Shown here: piece by piece, positions 30,802-40,364 of the stretch
Layout of the letters: each line of letters opens with the position of its first letter
Position numbering within the stretch: the first letter of the stretch is position 1
Source: an uncultured Nitrososphaeraceae archaeon
GTDB lineage: Archaea; Thermoproteota; Nitrososphaeria; Nitrososphaerales; Nitrososphaeraceae
DNA: 64,000 nt
Direction of reading: 5' to 3'
Assembly: GCA_963837175.1 (NCBI GenBank)
Contig: CAWIMJ010000025.1
Coordinates: forward strand, 32,001-96,000
Notes under the pieces: generated by a model
Database searches by the model: none
Told to the model about the DNA's origin: nothing
The model's input: the letters and a program-made list of their open reading frames with translations, nothing else
Program-made: the position numbers and the translations under genes

Positions 30802-31833
30802 ATGAATATTGCCATTGTTGGGGCAGGGGTGGCTGGTAGCTATCTTGGACATTTGCTGCAAAAGCGAGGTCATATGATAAGAATCTTTGAATCATCAAAT
30901 AAAGAAAACCATTGGCCTGTATGCGCGTGGGGAGCATCTAGAAATGTTCTTGCAAAGTTTTCAGATCAGGCTGGTCTTAATTTCGACGATTATATTTTTC
31001 ATGTAGGAAAAACACTGAGGATGGAGCTTCCAAACGATAAAAAAGAATATTTGGATTTGAAAGGTTTAGTTACATATAATAAACAAAAATGGGAGGAAGA
31101 TCTTTTAGAAGGAATTACAATTCAGTATGGTGTCAAATGCAGCCCAGACTCGTTTCCCTTGGATGAGTATGATTATGTACTTGATTGCACGGGACTACAT
31201 CGTACACTTTTACCAAAATCAAAGCAAGATTTCCTGATACCTGCATATGAATATCTGGTAGAAAACATTCATGATGAAGAGGATTTTTATGTGATAGGAT
31301 ATAAGGGAGCAAGAGGTTATTTCTGGTATTTTCCTCTTGATCATAATAGAGGGTACATAGGAGCTGGCGACATTGATAGGAAATACTACGGTATTGCAGA
31401 ATTTTTTATTCAGCAGCCTGAAGTTAAAATTGTAAAGAAAATAGGAAGACCCATACGCCTATCTCCTCCCAAACGGATGGAACCATTCTACCAGGATAAT
31501 GTAATAGGGATAGGCGAATCTATTGGATGCGTTTTCCCTATGTTAGGAGAAGGAATAATTCCTTCCTTACTATGCTGCGATATTTTCCTCGAAGTCTTTG
31601 ACAATAGCAAATACAAATTCGATTTCAAGCAGTATCGAAAGAAGGTGCTCCATAGATTTGAATATTATGATAATGTTTACAGAATTGTGAGATTAAAAAT
31701 GAACGGCACGTTAAGTACAATCAGGCATGTAAATTTGTTGATGAGTATGTATAGGAACATGAAGAAAGAAGAACGGCGTTTTGGTTTTGAAATTAGCTTT
31801 GATAAAATGAATAGGCTTCTTAATGCATTATAA
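30802..31833 (+). CDS. FAD-dependent oxidoreductase (geranylgeranyl reductase-like)
   Basis: GAGVAG Rossmann motif, GYFWYFP and GESIGCVFPMLGEGI. Confidence 0.85.
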   Translation: MNIAIVGAGVAGSYLGHLLQKRGHMIRIFESSNKENHWPVCAWGASRNVLAKFSDQAGLNFDDYIFHVGKTLRMELPNDKKEYLDLKGLVTYNKQKWEEDLLEGITIQYGVKCSPDSFPLDEYDYVLDCTGLHRTLLPKSKQDFLIPAYEYLVENIHDEEDFYVIGYKGARGYFWYFPLDHNRGYIGAGDIDRKYYGIAEFFIQQPEVKIVKKIGRPIRLSPPKRMEPFYQDNVIGIGESIGCVFPMLGEGIIPSLLCCDIFLEVFDNSKYKFDFKQYRKKVLHRFEYYDNVYRIVRLKMNGTLSTIRHVNLLMSMYRNMKKEERRFGFEISFDKMNRLLNAL

Positions 31834-32046
31834 TAATGCTTATTATCTACTAATCAAATATTCCCTTATAATAGTAATTAGCTCTTTTAGTTTCAATTTC
31901 TCATTAGGCTTTCGGTGTATACATATACAGTATATTTTTTATTCTCTATATTATAATTTATCTACTCTTTAGGTCGATATAGAAATTTATATAATTAAAG
32001 ATTCACTGACTATAACTAATTAAGTAATTAGCTCCGTTAAAATAAA

Positions 32047-33510
32047 ATGATTAGAGATCATATGTATGCTTTAAATCTCAAGGCAAGGCTGATTAGTCAT
32101 GAGAAATATGCAGTTTTATTTATTTTCTCGGTTGCTTCTCTAATACGAATCGTTCCAGAGCTGCTTGCGTATCCTTATCCGATAGGATACGACGTTATCA
32201 ATTATTACATTCCAGTAGTAACGAATTTTGATAAATTCTGGCCAACGATCTCTGTGCAGTTTCCATTTTACGTTTCATTGCTTCATGTTGTTAACACTGC
32301 TTTATCTATTTCTCCTCATTTTACTGTTACAACATTTGCTATTATAACATATGGTATTTTCGGAATTTCAATTTTTTATATTGGACGCAAAATTTTCAAA
32401 ATTGACATCAGTTACAGTATTTATTTGGCATTCTTCATCGTATTCCAATTAACTGTACCTAGAACAACATGGGATCTTCATCGGGATTTATTCTCTCTCT
32501 CAACTATGTTTCTAATGTTTTCGCTGATTTACGAGAGAAAGCAGACCAACAATAGGATTATTATTGCAGCCTTGATGCTTTCCGCAATTACAGCAATGTC
32601 TGATAGAATGGTAGGATTACTATGCACAGTCTCTCTACTAATTTATACTTTTACCGTTAATAATCGATTAACAATTCTATATTCAGTAGTTTGTACATTT
32701 TTCTTTGCCCTCTCATTAATTCTTGGATATAGTTATCTCTATAGTAATACAATAGAGTCACTCAACATCCTTCCGCAACCTATTACGCCTACATTCTATA
32801 ATCCAACGAATCTTTTAATATTATTTCTTGTTTGTAATGGCTTGGTTACGCCAGTAGGAATAGTTGGCTTCAAACTTGCGAAGAATAAATTACTTAAAAT
32901 CCCATTGCTATTCTCTGTTACAGGAGCATTCTCTTGGTTAATTTTCCAAGATACAGAATTGTTAGTTGCTGACAGGTGGATCATTTTATGCGGCATTTTT
33001 ATCTCTATTTTTGGTGGCTATGGCATTATTCAATTAACTCAAAAGAATACAAATGTTGCAAAGATATTAGCGGCTTCATTTCTTTTTATTGTTGTTGCAA
33101 TAGGAATAATATATGCAGTAATGCCTTATGATGGATTTTCTGTGTATGGTATTGTAGGAAAATATATTCAGAGCTTTGTACCACTTACAATGCAATTTAA
33201 CTCACTAGATATCTCTCATAATGATAATCTAATAGATCTGATTTCTTGGGTAAATAAGAATACAGATCCAACTTCATTAATTATAGGAGCAAAGCACTGG
33301 CGAGGCTGGATGGAAATTAAACTACAAGATAAAAGGGTTTACATATCATCAGACGATTTGTATGGATTATCTAGAAGTTTAGCGAACAAGCACAAAAATC
33401 TCTATATGATAACCCCCAGTGGAACACAACAACAACCATCTGAAACAAAATTCAAGAATATAGAAATGGTTTACTCAGATCATATATTTAATTTGTTTAA
33501 AATTAAATAA
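32047..33510 (+). CDS. multi-pass membrane protein, possible GT-C glycosyltransferase
   Basis: Many TM segments; PYPIGYD loop after TM1; soluble C-terminal domain. Confidence 0.7.
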   Translation: MIRDHMYALNLKARLISHEKYAVLFIFSVASLIRIVPELLAYPYPIGYDVINYYIPVVTNFDKFWPTISVQFPFYVSLLHVVNTALSISPHFTVTTFAIITYGIFGISIFYIGRKIFKIDISYSIYLAFFIVFQLTVPRTTWDLHRDLFSLSTMFLMFSLIYERKQTNNRIIIAALMLSAITAMSDRMVGLLCTVSLLIYTFTVNNRLTILYSVVCTFFFALSLILGYSYLYSNTIESLNILPQPITPTFYNPTNLLILFLVCNGLVTPVGIVGFKLAKNKLLKIPLLFSVTGAFSWLIFQDTELLVADRWIILCGIFISIFGGYGIIQLTQKNTNVAKILAASFLFIVVAIGIIYAVMPYDGFSVYGIVGKYIQSFVPLTMQFNSLDISHNDNLIDLISWVNKNTDPTSLIIGAKHWRGWMEIKLQDKRVYISSDDLYGLSRSLANKHKNLYMITPSGTQQQPSETKFKNIEMVYSDHIFNLFKIK

Positions 33511-33828
33511 TTGGAGCGAAGATAGTTTAGCCCTTGTAAATTAACGAGTGCTCTGGAATTTAAAATTATAGGATATGAAGATATCCATCATTGCCTTACG
33601 GTATAAGGCAAAAAAAAGGGATTCTACATAAATTCTCTACTGATATAAAGAACAATATTATTCATTGAGAATATAGGTAGATCAATATACTAAACGTAAT
33701 CGTTTTTAGGATATGTATAATAATAAAGTTGTCTCTTTTAGTGTCTGTCGATTGGGAAAGAGGAGTTTTATCATAGATGAAAAAAAATATTATCAAAACA
33801 GAAGTAATGCTTTCTCAATTATTACTGG

Positions 33829-34734
33829 GTGGTTGGTTTGTCACTTAAGGGTCTTACAGTTGCCATAACAGCAAGCCGTAGAGCATTAGAACTAGCTCAC
33901 CTGATAACGAACTTTGGAGGCATACCATATATTTCACCAACAGTTGGTATCGAGTCAAATATGGATAAATCGAAGGAAACTGAGGAATTCATAAAGAAAA
34001 TAATAGAAGATAAATTAGATTACATGATTTTTATGACTGGGCCAGGAGTATACTCTCTTATGTCCGCTGCCAAAAAACTACAAATGGAAAGTAATGTCAT
34101 TGAGGCTTTGAGACAGACAATTATTGTTGCTAGGAGTTTAAAGCCAAAGATCGCCTTGGCTAATTATGGTATAAAGACTGATATTGTGCCTGACGAAAAT
34201 ACAGCCGATGGAATAGCGAAGATGCTAAAGAGTAGCGGCATACAGGCAAAGAAGATTGGCGTCCTTTGGCATGGCTCATATTTTCCTATCTTAAGGAATG
34301 AGATGTCTGCAGCAGGAGCAAAAATATTTGAATGTTCTACCTACACATACTCTTTTGATCTCAAAGCGAGCGGCGCCAAAATTCTGGAGGAAATGGGATT
34401 CAATTACGTTTATCCTGATGAAGATAAAGTGATCAAGCTCATAGAGGCTATAAACAAAGGAGATATTCATGCAATAACATTTACAAGCCCACCGTCTGCT
34501 AGAGACCTTTTCAAGATAGCGGAAACTCATAAGATGAAAGAGCCTTTGCTATTTTCACTTAATAACAATGTCATTGTGGTTGCAATAGGACCATCTACTA
34601 AGAAAGCACTTGAAGAGTACACAATTCAGGTGGATGTTATGCCACAAATATACAAGATGGGTCCTATGGTAAAAGAATTAGTCAATTATCTTAGTCGTTC
34701 TCCTATTCCAAAGAGAATTAGAAAACCCGGATAA
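33829..34734 (+). CDS. hemD: uroporphyrinogen-III synthase
   Basis: VAITASRRA, ITFTSPPS and VAIGPST. Confidence 0.92.
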   Translation: MVGLSLKGLTVAITASRRALELAHLITNFGGIPYISPTVGIESNMDKSKETEEFIKKIIEDKLDYMIFMTGPGVYSLMSAAKKLQMESNVIEALRQTIIVARSLKPKIALANYGIKTDIVPDENTADGIAKMLKSSGIQAKKIGVLWHGSYFPILRNEMSAAGAKIFECSTYTYSFDLKASGAKILEEMGFNYVYPDEDKVIKLIEAINKGDIHAITFTSPPSARDLFKIAETHKMKEPLLFSLNNNVIVVAIGPSTKKALEEYTIQVDVMPQIYKMGPMVKELVNYLSRSPIPKRIRKPG

Positions 34735-34788
34735 CATAAACGACGACGATGACGACTCTGTTAGGTTAACATAACAATTACTTTTTAC

Positions 34789-35456
34789 GGCTCTGTTAAC
34801 TACGCAATCACTTCTTTATTATGATAGTTAACAAACAGATTGAGCCAATTTCTCAAATGGATTAGTCTACACTTCTCTTTTCTGCATGGAAAGTAATCAT
34901 CATCAAAACATTCTGTTCTGTCGTTAATGTGTTGGATTGTTCTTTGATAATACTTTTCTCATATGTGGAGTGAAGATGATATCTTAACTTGAGGAATTTA
35001 CATGTATATGGATACCATGTACCACCATATCAGTGTTGAAAGTGTATATTTTCAATAATCTTTTATCAATCAGTTTAGAAATTTCTCTTAACAAACATGT
35101 TTCTTTCTGCTAAGAGATAAACATCAAGAATTGATTTTTCTGTCGGTTCAATAGCAATCCAAATCCAAAAATACTTATTTTCTACCCTTATTTGTGTTTC
35201 ATCAGTTATAAATTCAAAAATCTTTCTTCTTTATAGCTAATTCTTCTGGGTCAATGTCTTTGCACCCAATTCTATATTGAAATATAGTCCTTTTTGTAGC
35301 TCTTGATGATAATGTTTTAGCTGCATTCTAAATGAAAGACCTACAAAGTACAAGTCATAAGCGATATCTTCAAAAGATGTCCTATTTCTTCTTGTTTTAA
35401 ATATCAGGAGAATACAATATATTTAGCCAAAGATTTTTCCTTAAGTTAACAGAGCC
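34789..35456 (-). mobile_element. IS6-family insertion sequence remnant (transposase pseudogene)
   Basis: TIRs GGCTCTGTTAACT / AGTTAACAGAGCC; minus-strand fragments EFITDETQ, WIWIAIEP, AERNMFV, GGTWY and RTIQHINDRTECFDDD. Confidence 0.9.
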
Positions 35457-36395
35457 GATTATTTAATGTAAACGTGAATAAAGCATCAAGATTGTCAAGG
35501 GCTGGGGGGTTTGTGAACTGTTATCGACACAAATTTGTAACCCAAAGTGGATGTGTGAATCAAATTTTACACTATTATGGTTCCCACCTATAGGCTCTTA
35601 ATGTATTATTACATAAGCGTTGGCATGGGGTATGTGGGATGTAATACACTAGTATATGTAATCCAGTTGCGGCAGTGTAAAATGATTAGTCTAAGAGCTA
35701 TTCTAGTTTGTTTTTCAAATCGAAGGTATAGTTTATCTAAAATTTAGGGCTCAAGTTTATTTAAATAAAGTTTATGGGATAATTAGTAATGGAATAATGC
35801 TATTCTATGAGGTCTTCTGCGTTGAAAGCAAACTTAACCTACCTTTTTTTACCAAAAAACCACCACAACAACAACAACCAAAACCACCACATGAAAGAAG
35901 GTTTGAAATCTAACCTTTTAAGAGTTTCTTCTCATTCTTCTTCCTCTTCTGTTCCTTCTTCTCGTGTTGTTGTTGGCTAATATATATATTCTCGTAAATG
36001 TAATTATCGAAATATGATGTTATGAGTAAAATGCAGTTCCATTCCTCTGGGAAGGATCTGATGCTGCTTCCATCTTCATAGTATACTTCGAATGAATTGA
36101 TAAAATGATAGTCTGACAGCAATTAGAGTTATCAGAATTCTTCTAAAGTTTCTACGTTCAAGCAAGAAAGAGAATTAATGGCCGGATTCAGTAGGATTAG
36201 GTCCCGCATGTAGAAAGGTTCTGTTGGTTTTCTTATTTAGCCTTTTTCTTTTATATTATAGGGTTTAATTTTAATTTTGAATATGCAGATCATTCTTTTT
36301 ATCTAACGAAGACACTGTCTCACATATTCTTTCTATATCACTCATGCAATAGACTAAAAGTTAATTTTATATGTCATTGAACACTCTAAACAGAC

Positions 36396-36815
36396 GTGCA
36401 CTATATTGACGGCGAAGGCAGTATTATTGTGCCTAAACCCGTCAGACCTATAATTGATTATAAAGAAACATCATTAGGCAATAAGAAGGGAGCCAAAAGA
36501 GAATTTCGTTATGGAAATTTGCATATTAGAGAATATGATGATAATTATACTGTTCACAGGGATAATATAGATCCAAAGGAGGATGCACTAGGACACTTAT
36601 TAGCAGATGCCCCAGAGTATTTGGCCGGTAGCCTTTCCGCGGCATTTGTTGGATATAAAGTTGGTCAAGAAGTATATGATAGAAGCAAAGCAAAAGGGAA
36701 GAATCAGAGAACTGCTTTATATCACGCAATTTTGGCTGGATGTCTCGCAGCTTCAACTGCAGGCTCAGTTTCTTATATTGTCAATAACACCATTAGAAAA
36801 AATAGGAGAACCTAG
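36396..36815 (+). CDS. hypothetical membrane-associated protein
   Basis: 139 aa with LHIREY..HRD and GHL..DAPE motifs and two hydrophobic stretches; 5 bp before the AarF gene. Confidence 0.72.
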   Translation: MHYIDGEGSIIVPKPVRPIIDYKETSLGNKKGAKREFRYGNLHIREYDDNYTVHRDNIDPKEDALGHLLADAPEYLAGSLSAAFVGYKVGQEVYDRSKAKGKNQRTALYHAILAGCLAASTAGSVSYIVNNTIRKNRRT

Positions 36816-36820
36816 ACCAA

Positions 36821-38473
36821 ATGGAGAACCCAGCTCAAGTCCCAGAACAAATTTCTTCTTTAAAGGAGCATTTTAGTGAGCAAACTGAAGTTATTCCAAA
36901 AGAGCCATCAAAAATCCGCATTGCAAGAGTATTATTTAAATTGTTACCAATAGTAGTTAACTTTAGAAGAGACAGGCGTAAATGGGTCAAACAAGAAGGA
37001 AAAAATATCGATGAGAAAAAATTCAGAAAACATGCAGAAAAGGCCCTTAAAACTTTCATTGACCTTGGTCCTTCTTACGTTAAGTTAGGTCAATGGCTCT
37101 CAACACGAGCCGATATTTTGCCACAACCTTATCTTGAAGTGTTGGCAAAACTGCAAGATGAAGTCCCACCAGCCTCATTCTTAGAAGTAAAATCGATAAT
37201 AGAAAAAGAATTAGGAGATATTCGAAATTTATTTGACACGTTTAATACCTCATCACTTTCAGGTGCAAGTCTTGGACAGGTTTATCTTGCACGATATAAT
37301 GGCAAGGATGTTATTGTCAAGGTAAGTAGACCAAACATTGAACACATCGTAGAAAAAGACATATTCTTTCTAAAAAAAATACTTCCCCTCGCTACACGCT
37401 TTATTGATCCCAATTTGCGTTTTTCAGCCGAAGGTATGCTATCCCAATTTATTGAAACAATTCATGAAGAAATGGATTATAGAATAGAAGCTGAAAATCT
37501 TATCACAATCAAACATAATCTCAGAAACGATAAGATGATAATCATTCCTAATGTAATATTAGAGAGAACATCAAAACATGTACTTACTTTAGAATATATT
37601 CCAGGTATTAAAATTACCGATATCGAAAAACTCGAAGCTATGGGAATTGACAGAGAAAAATTAGTAATGAAGATACACCGTGTTTTCTTCAAAATGTTAT
37701 TACGGCATACTATTTTTCATGCTGATCCCCATCCAGGCAACATTTCAGTAGCTCCTGATAGTGGTGGTGCAATAATTCTGTATGATTTTGGAATGGTTGG
37801 AAGAATAGATAATGAGACTCGCATTATGTTGATCAGACTATATCTTGGATTGATCGAAAAAGACGCTGTCAGGACAGTCAATGCCCTAATGGATCTCAAA
37901 ACATTAGAGCCAACAGTCAATCGTTACGTTGTTGAAAAAGCTCTAGAGATGAGCATACAATCTCTACATGGAAAACAAGTAGACAGAATGGAAGTTAATG
38001 CATTTATGGAACTTGCCAACAAAACCTTGACTCGATTTCCATTCAGGCTGCCAAAAAATCTGGCATTGTATATGCGAATGACATCCATCCTTGAAGGCAT
38101 ATATCATCATCATAAGGTAAAGTTCCATTTTGTAAAAGTGTTAGCAAATTTGTTAGAGCAAGAGCAACTTATCAAAGAAGCTTATAAGGAAGAAATAAAA
38201 GAATCCATAAAGAGATTTACAAAAAATATCGAGGCATCTATCTATGTTGCACCATTGCTGAAATCTTATCTAGAAACACATCAACACTACTCCTACTATA
38301 CCAATCCACAAAGAAATAACAATAATGTTCTTGCAGGAAGCATCTTTGCATCAGCTTTGTTCATCGGATCCGTAATAATGCTACCACATAGTCCTAATTT
38401 GTCTTACGGAGGTTTTATTGCATCTGCATTAATATTTGTAACAACAATAGTATGGAGAAAAAATCGATTCTAG
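36821..38473 (+). CDS. AarF/ABC1/UbiB family atypical kinase
   Basis: LGPSYVKLGQ, ASLGQVY, FHADPHPGN and YDFGMVG; two C-terminal TM helices. Confidence 0.93.
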   Translation: MENPAQVPEQISSLKEHFSEQTEVIPKEPSKIRIARVLFKLLPIVVNFRRDRRKWVKQEGKNIDEKKFRKHAEKALKTFIDLGPSYVKLGQWLSTRADILPQPYLEVLAKLQDEVPPASFLEVKSIIEKELGDIRNLFDTFNTSSLSGASLGQVYLARYNGKDVIVKVSRPNIEHIVEKDIFFLKKILPLATRFIDPNLRFSAEGMLSQFIETIHEEMDYRIEAENLITIKHNLRNDKMIIIPNVILERTSKHVLTLEYIPGIKITDIEKLEAMGIDREKLVMKIHRVFFKMLLRHTIFHADPHPGNISVAPDSGGAIILYDFGMVGRIDNETRIMLIRLYLGLIEKDAVRTVNALMDLKTLEPTVNRYVVEKALEMSIQSLHGKQVDRMEVNAFMELANKTLTRFPFRLPKNLALYMRMTSILEGIYHHHKVKFHFVKVLANLLEQEQLIKEAYKEEIKESIKRFTKNIEASIYVAPLLKSYLETHQHYSYYTNPQRNNNNVLAGSIFASALFIGSVIMLPHSPNLSYGGFIASALIFVTTIVWRKNRF

Positions 38474-38966
38474 ATTATTGTTGTTGTTGTTGTAATGTAA
38501 CTCGTAGATCTAAAGAGGATTTAGTCTTTGTTGTTTCTGTCTACGAATTTAATCGTACTTAGCAATTAAATATCCTCTATAATTATACTTGGCTTTAGCG
38601 CGTTAGCTGTGTAAAGGAGAAGTAATCAAATGGAGAAGTTTCACAGGATCATATTTATAGATAGTGTCTGTTTTTTATTAAATTCATATTTTTGATTAAA
38701 AAAACAGATATAGAGAGAGCAAAATATTGATCAATACATCTTTGCATGATAAGATCTAGAGGATTTAATTTATCAAACCTTAATCTTAACCATGGATTCG
38801 AAAGCACATTTCTCTTTTTATATATATATAGAAATAGCCGTATCAAATTATCCTAACAATTTTTGTAGCGTCCATCATTAAATCCAGAATTTTAGCAGTC
38901 ATCAAATAGAGTATATTAAATTAAAGAACAATAGAAGATAGTTACAAAAGAACACGAATCTCTTTC

Positions 38967-39317
38967 CTAAGTTTTTATTATTCTTTGATAATCATCTTCA
39001 ATTCTTACTATATCATTTTCATCAAATTTACCATACGATATCTCAAGGATAACACAGTCATCATTCACTGCCTTAACTCTATGTTTTGCTCCTTTTGGAA
39101 TAACTACATTTTCTTCTTCCTTAACTTGAAGTATCTTACCATCCAACTCTACTTGAGCAGTGCCCTTCATTACTTTCCAAAATTCCCATCTCTCTTTATG
39201 ATACTGAAGACTGAGCCTAGAATTAGATTTAATATAAATTAGTTTAACTGTAGATAGTTGATTCTCATGGAATTTTTCAAATCTCCCCCAAGGACGATCT
39301 TCACTATAAACATCCAT
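38967..39317 (-). CDS. mannose-6-phosphate isomerase type II C-terminal cupin protein
   Basis: RPWG, LSLQYH..R.EFW, HR and ENDIVRIEDDYQR. Confidence 0.9.
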   Translation of the reverse strand: MDVYSEDRPWGRFEKFHENQLSTVKLIYIKSNSRLSLQYHKERWEFWKVMKGTAQVELDGKILQVKEEENVVIPKGAKHRVKAVNDDCVILEISYGKFDENDIVRIEDDYQRIIKT

Positions 39318-39422
39318 CTATGCTTGTAGTGCATCAAAATAATTTAAAAATTATGGTGTAATATCCTGTTGATAATAATAATAGTAATAATGTCAAAATA
39401 ACCTAAAATATTTTATACTACA

Positions 39423-39617
39423 GTGAATAAGTCGAATAAGTGTATTCACGATGAACACGGTGTATATGAAGGAATAATACGCGAAATAAGAGGGATGCAG
39501 AACAATAAAATGTGTACTTGTTCGTGTTTTAATAATATGTATCAGCTTATAAGGAAAACTCTAGCTTTGGTAAATCAAAGAAATACCGACCTAGTTTATG
39601 GATTTCCGGGCTTTTAA
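39423..39617 (+). CDS. small Cys/His-containing hypothetical protein
   Basis: CIHDEH and CTCSC motifs; short. Confidence 0.35.
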   Translation: MNKSNKCIHDEHGVYEGIIREIRGMQNNKMCTCSCFNNMYQLIRKTLALVNQRNTDLVYGFPGF

Positions 39618-39829
39618 TGCACTTAAATCATAATAATATTTTAGTTTTACTATACATTTACAAATATGCATTAGTACAAAGGGTGAAGCATATTTAAACT
39701 CCCAATCAGAGACTAATAGATTTTGATTGACATTTTAATGGACAAAAAGTTATTAGAATTACACATAATAATAGACTAAAACCGAATAAATCTAACAGGT
39801 TGTCTTCTAATAATAATATACTTATTATT

Positions 39830-40171
39830 CTATTCCAAGTTTTCAAGACATTGTAAAAGAAGATTACGACTCCTTTTCATAACCCACGCTGGAAATTCAT
39901 CTAACATAAAGACATATTGCTGCTGAAATGTAGGAGGAATGAATCCACCATAAGTATAAACCTGAACAATAGCGTTTTTCTCACTAACTGTAGCGACTTC
40001 TTCTTCTGCAGCTGCCTCATTTTCATCCATAATGTTTCTGTATAATAAAATAGGCTTGCCTGTTCGACTAGCACTAACAGTTGCTTTGCTAAGTTTTTCT
40101 CTTAGCCGTTCAACCAGCCACTCATCCAATGTTACTTGCTTTTCATCTAAAGTTACCTGCTTGTTAGCCAT
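39830..40171 (-). CDS. hypothetical protein
   Basis: 113 aa, protein-like composition; duplicated KQVTLDE near the N-terminus. Confidence 0.75.
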   Translation of the reverse strand: MANKQVTLDEKQVTLDEWLVERLREKLSKATVSASRTGKPILLYRNIMDENEAAAEEEVATVSEKNAIVQVYTYGGFIPPTFQQQYVFMLDEFPAWVMKRSRNLLLQCLENLE

Positions 40172-40364
40172 AGTCTATTAACTATTATAATTTGTATTTA
40201 TAATACTATATGACAAAAATATTTAACATATTACATCTATTTAGTCTACATTTCCCTACTAAAGTTATTTTTGTTAATTCATTTCTCTATAACATTCTCT
40301 AATATAATTATGTTACTAGTATAGTTATGGGCATAATTTACAAACTTATAAAAAAGGTCGCATT

